Source: Neoconidiobolus thromboides FSU 785 (taxonomy: Eukaryota; Fungi; Entomophthoromycota). Taken from it: a stretch of 64,000 nt of DNA. Both the position numbers and the translations under genes were made by a program. How positions within the stretch are numbered: the first letter of the stretch is position 1; the number at the start of each line of letters is the position of its first letter. The stretch covers positions 1 to 64,000 of the forward strand of contig MU626361.1 of the NCBI GenBank assembly GCA_025603075.1, read 5' to 3'. The notes beneath the pieces were generated by a model. The model was not told the origin of the DNA and ran no database searches. It saw only the letters and a list, made by a program, of their open reading frames with translations. Below, in pieces: positions 1 to 11,732 of the stretch.

Positions 1-403
1 TAATTCGAAAGGTCTTAGTTTATGTGACTAAGATAGACTTAGATTATGAGGAATAGCACGTAATAGGTTACAAGCTATATAAGACAAATAGAATAGACAA
101 TACTAATGTAAAATCTACGTAAAATACTATTAAGTAAACTTAGTGGCTTTATTAAATGTACGAGATATCAGGGAATAATTCAGTTAAAAAGCCTCGAACT
201 ACTATACTCTGTAAACTCTTTTATACTCTGAAAAGTATAAATATCAAAATGAGAAGATGATATTCTTTTGGATGGAGCTAGAAATTCTCATAACAAATCA
301 AAATAAGAACATGGGATTGATTTCCTCTAAACTCGAGAACACAACAGCTTAGGCGATTGTTATGTTCTAATTAACCATGGCACTGACAAAGCGATATTTC
401 ACA
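1..403 (+). mobile_element. Solo-LTR-like repeat, copy 1 (5' part outside window)
   Basis: Aligns by eye with 55874-56344 and reverse complement of 57339-57798 (e.g. TTAGTTTATGTGACTAAG, GGGATTGAT, CTCGAGAACA); ends ATTTCACA at 403, same boundary as other copies. Confidence 0.6.
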
Positions 404-1024
404 AATATATCTTTTCTTTGTTTTATTTTATTTTAAAATTTGAATTAATTTCTAAATCCTGAAACCAATTAGGACAGCCCATATGTTAAGACATAAATCT
501 AAAAAACTTAAAATTTAGATTAATTTTTGAGTAAATTCTAAAACCAATTAAGGCATCCCTATATGCTAAACAAATGTCGTGCTGATAGTAACAATGTATA
601 AGTATTTAAGTTGATTTAATTTCCTAATTACTAAATAACCCATAAACTATAAAATTACATAAATTTTATATAAGGGCTTATATATTACAACAATTTTCTA
701 ATATAAAGATATGAAATATTTATTAGATGTAAAAATACTGAGAATATTAAGTTAAGTTCAATAAAGTATTACTTTATTTTTAAAAGATTTTTCATTTATT
801 ATGAGACCAAATAGTAAACCAATATAGCAAAGAATTTAAAGACAGTAAAATCAAATATAATCAAACATCTAACCGAAGATTTTATAAAAAACTAGTGTCG
901 AGAACGTTAGCTATTGTTTTTCATTTGTATATAATCAATCAAATGCTTTTAATTTGTAAACATTGAAACATATAAAAACAAAACCTAAAGTAGTTTTAAT
1001 CTCATTTTAATAAATGAATACGGG

Positions 1025-1309
1025 CTAAGCATAATTACAGAAGACATTGTCTTGACCTTGTTGTTGACAGCGAGTTCCTGGACCACATTGACGAAGGACA
1101 TAACGACCTTGAGCACAAGTATAGAAACCACCACTGTTATAATCACAAAACATAGCTCCTTCACGACATCCACCATAGTTACCACTGCCATTATTACCTG
1201 TGTTCCAAGACCAATCTGGCCTTGTGTTACGTAGGGAATTGGAACTTCTATGGAATAAGAATCCAAAAGATGGAGCAGCAATTGATAAAACGACACAAGT
1301 AAATTTCAT
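1025..1309 (-). CDS. Small secreted protein with C-terminal six-Cys CBM19-like chitin-binding module (copy 1)
   Basis: Hydrophobic N-terminus; C-x6-C-x9-C-x9-C-x5-C-x9-C with FYTC..G.YV.RQCGPGTRC; TATA (AGTATATAAAG) upstream on minus strand. Confidence 0.8.
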   Translation of the reverse strand: MKFTCVVLSIAAPSFGFLFHRSSNSLRNTRPDWSWNTGNNGSGNYGGCREGAMFCDYNSGGFYTCAQGRYVLRQCGPGTRCQQQGQDNVFCNYA

Positions 1310-1620
1310 TATGATTTGAGGTTTTTTTGATAAAATTGATCATCCATTCCACTGCTTTATATACTATAGGTTTACTCATATCTTAAATACTTTTAGGACA
1401 CGGAGTTTATTCAGCTATTTTTATATCAAATGCTTTTCTACCAAAGTATAAATATTGCCATAAAACCCTTAATATTTTTATTGTGATAAATCATGGGCTA
1501 CAAAAAAGCATATAATTTGGTAAACTTAAAATATTACATCTACCCCTTAATCCTTTTAAAATTAATGCTAGTTTTTATTTTAAGAAACAGCGGACTTTTG
1601 TAATAGATAAAGGACTATTT

Positions 1621-1718
1621 GGGGGCGTTTTTTTAGTTTTATTACTTTTTCCGTTTCTTAAGTACTATTTGAGTAGAGATACTACTAGTAAAGTTCTTAA
1701 ACAAAAAAATACATCCTC
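1621..1718 (+). mobile_element. ~99-bp MITE (GGGGATGT TIR family), copy 1
   Basis: GGGGGCGTTTT...AAATACATCCTC flanked by ATTT/ATTT TSD; internal TAAGTACTATTTGAGT core shared with other copies. Confidence 0.85.
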
Positions 1719-2250
1719 ATTTGATATAATTTGTATTATTTTATTTTAATCAATAACAAATATGAGTAGAATATTGTATTTTAGACATAATTTCCGTAGG
1801 CGGAATGTAAATACTTTAGATTAATGTTTTTACTGTAATGTTTTTTATCTAAATGAACTATCAATTATTTCGATTTCTCAACTTATTATAATCTAAAAAA
1901 ATAAAGCGTTATTTATTTTTAATTTGAGGTATTTGATATTGATCTAAAAAAGCCCGTTTTTAATCATAAAATTATACCACAAAGCGCTAAAATATATAAT
2001 AATATCATTGATAATATTAAAATAAGGACATTATATGCACTACTTTAGTAACTATGAAAGAAAGCTACTTAAAAAATAGAGACAGCTATATTTTATTCCT
2101 CAGAATTAAAAGTTAAGAGTTGCTTTCAATTTAATAAAGGTGTCCAAAATTATAGTCGCCCCTTTGGTTCTTTCAAAACTTTTAAAAATAGGACTGTAAC
2201 AGCTTAAAATTTAATAAGTAAACGTCATCAAAACAAAATTTGGTAATGTT

Positions 2251-2800
2251 ATTTATTTAAATATTTTATAGAATTAGGCATAATTACAGAAGACATTGTC
2301 TTGACCTTGTTGTTGACAACGAGTTCCTGGACCACATTGACGAAGGACATAACGACCTTGAGCACAAGTATAGAAACCACCACTGTTATAATCACAAAAC
2401 ATAGCTCCTTCACGACATCCACCATAGTTACCACCGTAATTACCTCCATTATTACCTCCACCATAGTTACCTCCACCATAGTTACCTCCACCACCATAGT
2501 ACCCATTACGTAAAGAGTTGGAGCTTTTATGGAATAAGAATCCAAAAGATGGAGCAACAATTGATAATAAAGCAACACAAGAAGCAAATTTCATATTTGT
2601 AATTTAATCGTTAGTTTGATAAAAATATTGAGCTTTCTCTTTTTTCTTTATATATCATCTTTTGACAGCCTAGCTCTAGTTGCTTTATTGTTGGTTACTC
2701 TACCCCTTTTTTCACGGAGTTAATACCTCAATTTATTTTTGCTTTTCCGTCATCCGTCTTTTTCTACAATTTTTTGGCCTAAAAATAAAGTTTGCAGTTT
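2251..2800. repeat. Recent duplication unit (gene + ~200 bp promoter), near-identical to 3773-4297
   Basis: 2595-2800 matches 4090-4297 almost base for base; coding regions differ mainly in GGNY repeat number. Confidence 0.9.
2274..2594 (-). CDS. Small secreted Gly/Asn/Tyr-rich CBM19-like protein (copy 2)
   Basis: Signal-peptide-like MKFASCVALLSIVAPSFG, GGNY repeat linker, six-Cys domain identical to copies 1 and 3. Confidence 0.85.
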   Translation of the reverse strand: MKFASCVALLSIVAPSFGFLFHKSSNSLRNGYYGGGGNYGGGNYGGGNNGGNYGGNYGGCREGAMFCDYNSGGFYTCAQGRYVLRQCGPGTRCQQQGQDNVFCNYA

Positions 2801-3326
2801 TATTTATTTTTAGTTTTTGATCATTTCAAAGGTATAATTTTTTACCAGATTTTATTTTTCTGTTGGCAGAAATATTTTTTAGTTAATATTTTATCCATCC
2901 CTTCTCTAAGCTTAGAAATTTGTTTAATTACTAAACTGAAAAAACATATAATATGTACTAAAGCTACACCACTGAGTTGTTGTGTTAATGTTATATATAT
3001 GTTTTTAGTTAACTCATTTAGTTCACATTAACTACTAATATCTTTAGGTATTAAGTGGCTTTTTAAATGATAGCAGCCTTCGATAAAAATTGAGATGTGA
3101 TGCTAGTTTTGTATGAATCATTTCTATTTCTTTTAATTTCCCATCCTTATTTTAATGGAATTGACATCTAAATTTATCCTCATTCTTCATTAATTGGTCA
3201 ATTAATTTTTGCTCTTAAATTAAGGCCTTGGTTTTTAAGTTAATATTAAGATTCACATAGTTTATTTGGAAGATGGTTTTACAAACGGAATTCAATCTTT
3301 TATAATAAATTTTTAATATTAGCACA

Positions 3327-3424
3327 CACAGATGTGTTTTTTTGTTTAAGACTTTTACTAACAACCTTTCCGCTCAAATAGCGCTTAAAATAGAAAAAGT
3401 GATGAAACCAGAAAAAACACTCTC
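3327..3424 (-). mobile_element. MITE copy 2 (one end degenerate)
   Basis: GATGTGTTTTTTTGTTTAAG...CTCAAATAGCGCTTAAAA...GTGATGAAACC...ACACTCTC then ATAT. Confidence 0.8.
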
Positions 3425-3772
3425 ATATATTGAGTAAAAAATATAAGCAAAGATTTCTGTAAAAGCTAGTTAAATTTTTAGCAAACTAGTTTCTAAAATA
3501 AATCTCTTATTTTCGTCAAAAGAGTGTAATATTTTCAGAATTTATATTCTATAGCATATGCTAGTTCTTTAATCGCATGTTAGATTTTAATTTCGATGTC
3601 TTTTCTATATATTTTCTTAAATATTTAATATCTCTAAAGCTCTAAACATACTTTGAAATATGTAAAAGTGCTAAAAAAATTCAATTATCTAGATCCATTT
3701 TTAAGCCACTGTTTATATTTAGAGGAGTTCATTATAAATAATGTCCTTAAAACTAAACTTATAATTTAATAT

Positions 3773-4297
3773 TTTTATTTAAGTATTTTATAGAATTAGG
3801 CATAATTACAGAAGACATTGTCTTGACCTTGTTGTTGACAACGAGTTCCTGGACCACATTGACGAAGGACATAACGACCTTGAGCACAAGTATAGAAACC
3901 ACCACTGTTGTAATCACAAAACATAGCTCCTTCACGACATCCACCATAGTTACCACCGTAATTACCTCCACCATAGTTACCTCCACCACCATAGTATCCA
4001 TTACGTAAAGAGTTGGAGCTTTTATGGAATAAGAATCCAAAAGATGGAGCAACAATTGATAATAAAGCAACACAAGAAGCAAATTTCATATTTGTAATTT
4101 AATCGTTAGTTTGATAAAAATATTGAGCTTTCTCTTTTTTCTTTATATATCATCTTTTGACAGCCTAGCTCTAGTTGCTTTATTGTTGGTTACTCTACCC
4201 CCTTTTTTCACGGAGTTAATACCTCAATTTATTTTTGCTTTTCCGTCATCCGTCTTTTTCTACAATTTTTTGGCCTAAAAATAAAGTTTGCAGTTTT
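3773..4297. repeat. Recent duplication unit, near-identical to 2251-2800
   Basis: Direct sequence match including upstream region. Confidence 0.9.
3796..4089 (-). CDS. Small secreted Gly/Asn/Tyr-rich CBM19-like protein (copy 3)
   Basis: Same protein as copy 2 with 9 fewer linker residues. Confidence 0.85.
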   Translation of the reverse strand: MKFASCVALLSIVAPSFGFLFHKSSNSLRNGYYGGGGNYGGGNYGGNYGGCREGAMFCDYNSGGFYTCAQGRYVLRQCGPGTRCQQQGQDNVFCNYA

Positions 4298-4731
4298 TTA
4301 TTTTTAATTTGTTTTTACTGAATTGATTTTTTTCTGATAAATACTACTGTAGCTCTATTGGAACCAACTAAGTGTTGATTTAAAGTTATAACTTTGCTAA
4401 AAATAACAAAAATTAAACCAGCTATCAAAACTCCAACAAAAAATAGTTAGTCTAAAAATTAGTGCAAATTAGGTTGCAGTAGAGTTACAGTAGCTGTATT
4501 AATTTGAGCTAATACTTTATTTCTTTTTTGCTTAAAAGTTTATTTAATTATAAGACTATAAAAAATTATATGTAACATATACTAAAACTAGATATTGGGA
4601 TATTTATATACATCCATAACTATAGGAATATTTATAATTAAAGCATTTGCTCACATTATCTTTAAATATCTTTGAATATTAAATAATCTAAATTTAACTA
4701 TTTATCTGAATATTTTATAAAACTAATTTTT

Positions 4732-4960
4732 TCAAGATATACCATATCGCTCTTGTTGAAAACTACTTCTTAGAGTATATTTAAGGGGAAAAAAATGACT
4801 TTGCATACATCTAATATGCCTATTAGTGCTACAACTACAAAATGCAGCCCCAATACGACAGTTATAATTGCCATCATATAAAAAATTAGAAGAAGGAGCA
4901 GTGACAAATAACACAATAACACAATAACACAATAACACAATAACACAAATAAATCTTGTT
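4732..4960 (-). pseudogene. Diverged/decaying paralogue of the CBM19-like peptide (copy 4)
   Basis: TAPSSNFLYDGNYNCRIGAAFC...RC aligns with AAPSFGFLF...GNYGGCREGAMFC...TC; last three Cys lost; no ATG; signal region holds an 8-bp repeat expansion. Confidence 0.6.
4907..4946. repeat. (AATAACAC)x5 tandem repeat
   Basis: Five exact units, inside signal-peptide region of copy 4. Confidence 0.95.
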
Positions 4961-5339
4961 TTTATTTTTCAATAACAGCAATTTTGTTAAAATTAGGGAA
5001 ATTGTTTGTTTTATGTAAATTGTTATAATTCATCTTTTTTTGTCATATCCTCAATTATAGCGGAATTACCATCTAGATTTATCCTCTATCTCCATTATTT
5101 AATTACATGTAAAACTTTAAGCCTTAGTATAACTTTTATGTTTTTTCACAATCTTACTACGTTAAGCATGGTAAAGACTTTAAGATACGCATTGTGTGGT
5201 AAATAAATCAAAGTATAATATTCAATATCATAACTTACCTTTAAATTTCTATTTCTTTTAAACCTCATTTTAACATAGAATTTTTAACTTTATAACTAAA
5301 CACTCCTATTTAGATCTTTTATATAGTGAACAAAATACG

Positions 5340-5645
5340 CAGTACACTTCGCTATAACAATCCTGTTTACAAGTAATTTCTAGATCAGACTAATGGAAAA
5401 TACACTCTCCTCCAGAACAGGTAAAAATCATTACTTCCAGGATCGCAGTACTTGGAACTTTCATGGGAACCCCGAGGTTTAACTCTATAGTATATTACGT
5501 AGCCTTTATCATAGCTTCCACTATAGTCTCTATCCTGACCTTCATCATAGTCATCTTGGCATACTGGATTATGATTTTCTTGAACTAAGAAGCCTAAAGA
5601 AGGAGCGATAGTTGATAATAAAGCAGGATAGGAAATCAATTTCAT
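5340..5645 (-). pseudogene. Frameshifted paralogue of the CBM19-like peptide (copy 5)
   Basis: MKLISYPALLSTIAPSLGFL matches family signal; KYCDPGSNDFY then, after a 1-nt shift, CSGGECIFH*SDLEITCKQDCYSEVYC aligns with CAQGRYVLRQCGPGTRCQQQGQDNVFC. Confidence 0.7.
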
Positions 5646-5829
5646 TTTTATAACTTTATAATTTATCAAAAGATTTTTTTTTGAATATTTTACATATTCT
5701 TTTGATTATTATATCTCCATTTTTCACAAAGTAATATTTTAATTTCCATTTTCATAATTCAATATTTTTTCTGTGTAGTTTTTAAAATTTAAGACAAGAG
5801 CCTTGTGACTTTATTAGTGTAAAAATGGA

Positions 5830-6180
5830 GTTAAACCGGAGAATCAATTAGGGAGGAAAAGGTGAAAGGAAGAGGCAGCCTTTAGGGTGCAAAGGACTTG
5901 GTGTGAGGATGAGGCGGGGACTTTATAAAGAAGAGTATTTAAGAGATCTGGGTTAGGGGATTTCGATCTGAAAAATTTGGAATGGACGATGAAAGAAAGT
6001 TCCTTGAGGGCTATGCTCTTGAATGCTGGGAATGGAATTGAAGGAGTGGAGCATTGGTTTCAGGTGAGCAACTGTAATAATAAGGAAGGTGGATCAGGTC
6101 AATGTAAATATCAAGTCTGGGTTATACAATTGCAATAGAGATAAGAAGTTTTCAAGGGTACTAGTTGTTTCTGTTTGTGT
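5830..6180 (-). pseudogene. Possible LINE reverse transcriptase relic
   Basis: Locally GC-richer with strong purine skew; minus frame SIALKELSFIVHSKFFRSKSPNPDLLNTLLYK resembles the I(T/S)xxE...KSPGPDG...FYK motif preceding non-LTR RT domains. Confidence 0.4.
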
Positions 6181-7711
6181 GTAATTTCTAAATTAAAGCC
6201 CATAGCTTAAAATTTGTAACTAGCTTATTTTGGATAAATAGACGTCATTGATTTGATAAGTTGATAAATAAAACAAGGTTTTATTTGTAACAAAAACACT
6301 AAGAAAATAAGTAATAGGTATAATAAATACAGTTTTTTATTATAACTATTGATAAAGTATCGTTTAAAATAAAACGTACTCTTTTTACATACTGAAAGCA
6401 TCTTATAACATAATAAGAGAAGTTCGTTTCATTCACATATTAAAACTAGCCAAAAATACTTAATGAATATTCATGAAGAAAACGAGAAACCAATTTATAA
6501 GTTATTCAAAAATTTATTATATACACACAAACCAGAGATTTAAAGGTGTTTAAAAAGTAGCTTTGAGACTGGAGTTTATGTTTTTAGATAGTGAATTTCC
6601 TTACCATTAAATACTTGTTTCGGAGTTCCTATTTTAATGGCATTCAAACTATTAATCTCGATTTAATTGTATCAAACTTCAAGTTTCTACATTTTGTTTA
6701 TGTCTTTTTATAAATTCACTATTTCAATTATGTTATAAGTTTATAAAGTATTTTAAACTATAGATTAAAACATTAAGGATAACAAATTCTGTTTTTATCT
6801 GGATATTTATACAATAAATGATAATGTTAATAATTTGTAGATTTTAACTTTCATAGTCCAAAGACTTCTATTTAAGTATTTTTATTGATTACGAGCAGTT
6901 ATCTCCTTCATTATTTCTACGGTATTTGACACTGGAAATGCACCCATTAAGCGTATCAATAAACGTTTGGCCAAAACATTTATCTAAAGCATTATCGCTT
7001 AAATCATGTATATTTTGTGCAAAGAAGGGCTGATGAAAGAAGCAATGGTAGTGGATAAAACAATACATGATGCCAATTTCACCTTTTTTTGATACTTGAA
7101 CTTTGGATTTATTTTCAACTTTATATAATCTTGCTAGTATTCTATGATATGTATTTTCTAGGGTTTACTCAACTTTTTTATGATAATTAATGGAGATTTA
7201 AAAAACTAGTTTTTTCTTCCTCTATCAATTTTTTACATGTTGTTTGATGGATAACAAATGTCTTTTCTTTACTTGCATGATAATAACTTTATAACGGAAA
7301 TTAAGAATGAGGGATTATTTTGATGAGGCTTTTAAGTTTAGAAGTTGATTAAAGCGTCTTTTTTAATAACAAAAGGGCTATAATAGTATATTTTATGATT
7401 GTATAAAATAAAAAAGATTGAAAATTTAATTTTAAAAAATAGATATCTGAATGGAAACATTGCTTATTTTATACCTTATTTATCTTACTTTTCCTTTAGT
7501 TTTTTAATAAGTTATTATCTATCACTTCTATAACAAAATTATGTAGACTAAAAAGATCTAATAATAAATTTTTCTAACTCGAAAAAAAAGAAAGGAGAAA
7601 AGGGACTAACAAATAGTTGATCATTGTAGAAACCACAAAAAGTTATGACCGTTTTAGAAAAGCCTAAATTAAATAAATATGCTATTTGATATATTTTATG
7701 CAATGCTATAT

Positions 7712-7810
7712 GGGAGTGTTTTTTTTGACTTCATTATTTTTTCCATTTTTTAAGCGCTATTTGAGTGGAAAATTTGTTAGTAAAATTCTTAAACACAAAA
7801 ATACATCCCC
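7712..7810 (+). mobile_element. MITE copy 3
   Basis: GGGAGTGTTTTTTT...AAATACATCCCC, flanks ATAT/GTAT. Confidence 0.85.
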
Positions 7811-8820
7811 GTATAATGATTGTTAACTATTTCTTTTATAAAATACAACTAATCTTCAAATCTTTTGAACGAAAGATTAGGTTTAAAAATTATTGACATG
7901 TTACTTGTCTTGTTCTGATGGATTACTATATTAGAATAAAATGTTGTTTTGTATAAATAAATACGAAAAAGCTGTTATTATTAGGTTAAATAAGTAGTAT
8001 AATATACTTTTATACCAAGATATTTGACTAATCAAATTTTTTGTTTTGACTATCTTAACTTTCTATGGAATTTTCATAGTGATATAAAAGTATATCTCAT
8101 ATTATTTATTTAATAGATTATAACAATTTTTTCATATTTATAGACATATACATTTTGAAATTAATTTACAAAAGGTTGTAGAATATTTTTAGTAAATGAT
8201 CAATTTCATTAAAAATTATGTTATAATCTAATAATCAGAAGCTTTATTTAACATTAATATTAGTTTTGTCTTCAGTTAATTATATTGATTATTTCTTTAA
8301 CAACAAATTGTTCTTTTTAGAATACAATTTACTTTATTTAGCAAATTTGATTTTTGTGAATTGTTTTAAATATATTAATGTTTTTGAAATAATGAACTAG
8401 AGTTTTGAATAGTTGATTATTTTGATTCAATTTAAGTTTAAAATATGAGCTTTTTTACAATTTTGACTAGCACTTATTCACAATTAAATTAAATTTAAAA
8501 CAATCATATATATATTTAGATTTTTAGTTCACTATTTATAGTGCATAATAGTATCTTTTAAACTAATTAATATAGAAAATAAAACAATTTACTAAAAACT
8601 ATGAACAGCTTTAATATAATAAAAAAAAGTAAAATAAATAAAATTTCACGGACAAAAAAAGTTTTAGATAAAGAATTCTTAAAAAATGGAGAGCACTTAA
8701 TAAAAGCAAGTAATACAAGTAGTACAAGTATATAATATTACACCAAAATCAAACTATCAAAAATGAATTATTTTGAATCTAATAAACCAATAAGTAATCA
8801 CTATCTTATACATAATAGCG

Positions 8821-10519
8821 CTAATGGTTGTTACCATTAAAATCATTGTTCTCCTTATTTAATTCCATTCTACCTTCTACTATTCCTAGCCCAGAAGGGT
8901 GCCTTAACGCATCCATATTCCCATTGTTGGGACGTGAGATATTACTATTAAACATAGTTTCTTCATTTAATCTAGCTAATGGATTCATATTTCTAGGCTT
9001 AGATTGATGGGCAGAGTAAGGATCAGCAAGCGAATGACGACGTTGGAAAGATTGGTTTTGATTAGCATAAACAAATTGTGAGGCAAAATCTTCATAAGAA
9101 GGTCGCTCTGAAATTGAGGGCATACTTGGGTTATTCATACTAAAATTAGTTTGTTGTTGATAGGATTGTGAAATAGGTTGGTTTTGATTAAAGTAAGCAT
9201 TTGCCGCTTGTTGACCAGATTGAACCAATTTATAGTTTTGCCCAAACATATTTAAATTTACTAAATTAGCTGGCTGTGAATATCGACGTTGATAACCTAA
9301 AATTTGTATTAAATCATCTGGGTTGTATATTAAAATAATAATTTTACCTCCATAATTACTACTAGGATTGCTGTTATAGTAAGGGTTGTAGCCAAGAGAA
9401 GCATTATTTTTAACTTGCATACTACCAAAATTATCCATAGGCATATTCGATGCTGGTGCATAACCCGAGGCCTAAATAAATGATTTAATAAAAAGTCTTA
9501 ATTAATAAGAGATAAGCTTACATATTTGCTAACTATTTTTTTGAGAGCAAATGGGAGTACACGCCAATGAAAAACTTTAACATCCTTTTCAATATTACGT
9601 GGTTTTGGATTTGGGAAAGCCATAATCAACTTAAAAAAATCAGCCGTTTCTTTTTTACATTTAGAAACAGTTAATGGTCGGAAACCTTCCAAATTACGAC
9701 GTATTCGATTCTTTTCTTCTACTGTAAACCTTACAGAGATAAGTGACTCAAGTAAATGAATACAATCCACGCTCGTAATAAAATATTCCATTCTTTCTTC
9801 CCAATAGATACATGATATAATCACACTGTTAGGTGGTCGAGCATTAGGTAAAATGGGCTGAAATGAACAATAGATCGTATTATTTTCATGCCGACGCCAA
9901 AACTGAACTAATCTACGTTTAGATAGCTTTTCTTCATCACTCCTAATAAAACAAAATTAGTATATCTATTAACATACTTATTGAATTACTCTTACCAATT
10001 TTCTAAAATATCTTGAAAGTTCCCTTCAAAAACTACATTTGCCTTTGATAATATAGATGGCACATCGTTAATAGTGGTTACTAAATCCATTTGATTATTA
10101 GGCATTGGAGGATACATACCCAAACTAGCCCTTCTAGTGATAGTATGTTCGTTTGACGTGTTACTAGGTAAAAAAGGCATATTATTCATCTGAGCTCTTT
10201 AATAATAATATTAGTTAAAATCAAATTTGATATAAAATTTCAATTACTTCATAGCTTGATTGGTCATATTCTCTTCTTGATTAGGGGGAGCTTGAGCATT
10301 ATAATCGAGTTGCTGTTCGTTTTGATACTGTCTTAAAGGTGAAAATTTGCCTTTATATGCATTGTAACTTTGAGTGTTATTATTAGGATCCATTAACTGT
10401 GGTTCTTTCATTGGGGTATAATTCTCATTATTTGTAAAATTATTGTTATGAGATTTATTGTTAAATACTTCTTGAGCTTCGGGTTCTTTCTTAATGGTAT
10501 TAGGTATCGCGGTAGGCAT
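8821..10519 (-). CDS. medA: Medusa (MedA)-type fungal transcription regulator, about 5 exons
   Basis: Spliced RRLVQFWR...ISCIYW...ITSVDCIHLLESLISVRFTVEEKNRIRRNLEGFRPLTVSK...FFKLIMAFPNPKPRNIEKDVKVFHW...ALKKIVSKY is the MedA/ACON-3 core; N/Q-rich flanks. Confidence 0.8.
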
Positions 10520-10660
10520 TTGTTCTAATATTAATTTAAATTTGAATTTTTTTTATAAGTCAAATTGTTTTAAAAAATGAAAAGTAAAACCGTGACTGTT
10601 TTAAATGCTTTGTGATGGATTTTATACTTTTTAATTGAGGATTTTAATAATTTTATAATT

Positions 10661-10893
10661 TGAAACACAGCTTTCCTTTAAAATTGAAGTGAATTGGTGC
10701 GTTAAAGCTAGGTTTCAGTTATCATTTTAAATTTATGGGGAAATGCAAACTTGTCGTTTCATTTGCAGTTTAAGCTCTAAATTAGCTTAGCCTCCTTCTT
10801 TAATCTTCAACGTGCTTATCTGTTTCTAACTACTGAAACATTCAACTTAATGCTTTTATGCATTTTTAAGCATTCTCCTCCTAACCTGAAACA
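10661..10893. promoter_or_regulatory. Cluster of TGAAACA (PRE-like) motifs upstream of medA
   Basis: Exact TGAAACA at 10661, 10834, 10887; single-mismatch reverse copies at 10711, 10755, 10821. Confidence 0.45.
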
Positions 10894-11732
10894 GATGATG
10901 TCACCATAACCTGATATCCATTGTTAAATTCTAATTTTAGATATAAACTAAAGGATTTTAATCATTTTAGAAGCTTATCTAATGCTATTTCCATATCAAA
11001 TTTAAAAATGTTTAAGAATAAAATTTTGTTAATAATAGTTTTTGAATTATAAAATATTTAGTCTACTATTTGGCTTATATTTAAAATAAGTACGATTTCA
11101 CTTTAACAATATTAAAAATGATGTTTATTTTAACATTCTATTAAACAAAACATGATACTTAATGTAACGTAATATAAGATGATAAAATTATTTCGCCTCA
11201 GGTTTTAAAGCTAATTAAAAAGCTTATTTTCTTATCCAAAAAAGTTAAATAAAGTCCATAATAAACTTAGATAATATTTAGCCAGAGCACTAGAATAAGT
11301 TGTTATTCTTTAAAATTTCTTTCGCATTACTGTTTAATAGAACAAAAACAAAGTTGTAAAGTTCCAAGATATTATTGTCTTTAAATATTGCATAACTATA
11401 AATTAATTAATTTAGACTTAATGCTGTCATTTTTTAAATAGTATTACTTTTTAATCACTTGGCATTTAACAAAAGAAAGCTTTATCTAAAACATCTAACT
11501 GCAAAGTTTGTAACTCTAACTTACGAATTGAAAAATAATAGCTTGATCTATCTGGTGCTTTAATATTATACTACTGACATTGAATAAAAATGATGTCAAC
11601 CTAACTATAACTATAGACCAACATGGTAATCTAACATATACAATAATGACTATTTAAATAAACACAAAAAATGAAATATTTAATTTAAAATGCAAACTTT
11701 CAGCAAATTTTAAAAAAGTTAGGTCATTAGGA

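Noticed and set aside
445-570. Imperfect ~45-bp direct repeat (AAACCAATTA...ATATG) with ~80-bp period
   Set aside because: Only two degenerate units; no spacer array or other structure.
985-4082. Alternative-frame and antisense ORFs over the peptide genes (985-1296, 2249-2587, 3759-4082, 1052-1234, 2301-2513, 3823-4008)
   Set aside because: Shadow ORFs produced by the GGN/AAY repeat codons; Val/Thr-biased with no motifs.
8821-10519. Initial call as STE12
   Set aside because: Lacks Ste12 hallmarks (FEEGIFSDLRNLK, CIRTQKKQKVF); the RFTVEEKNRIRRNLEGF motif is MedA.
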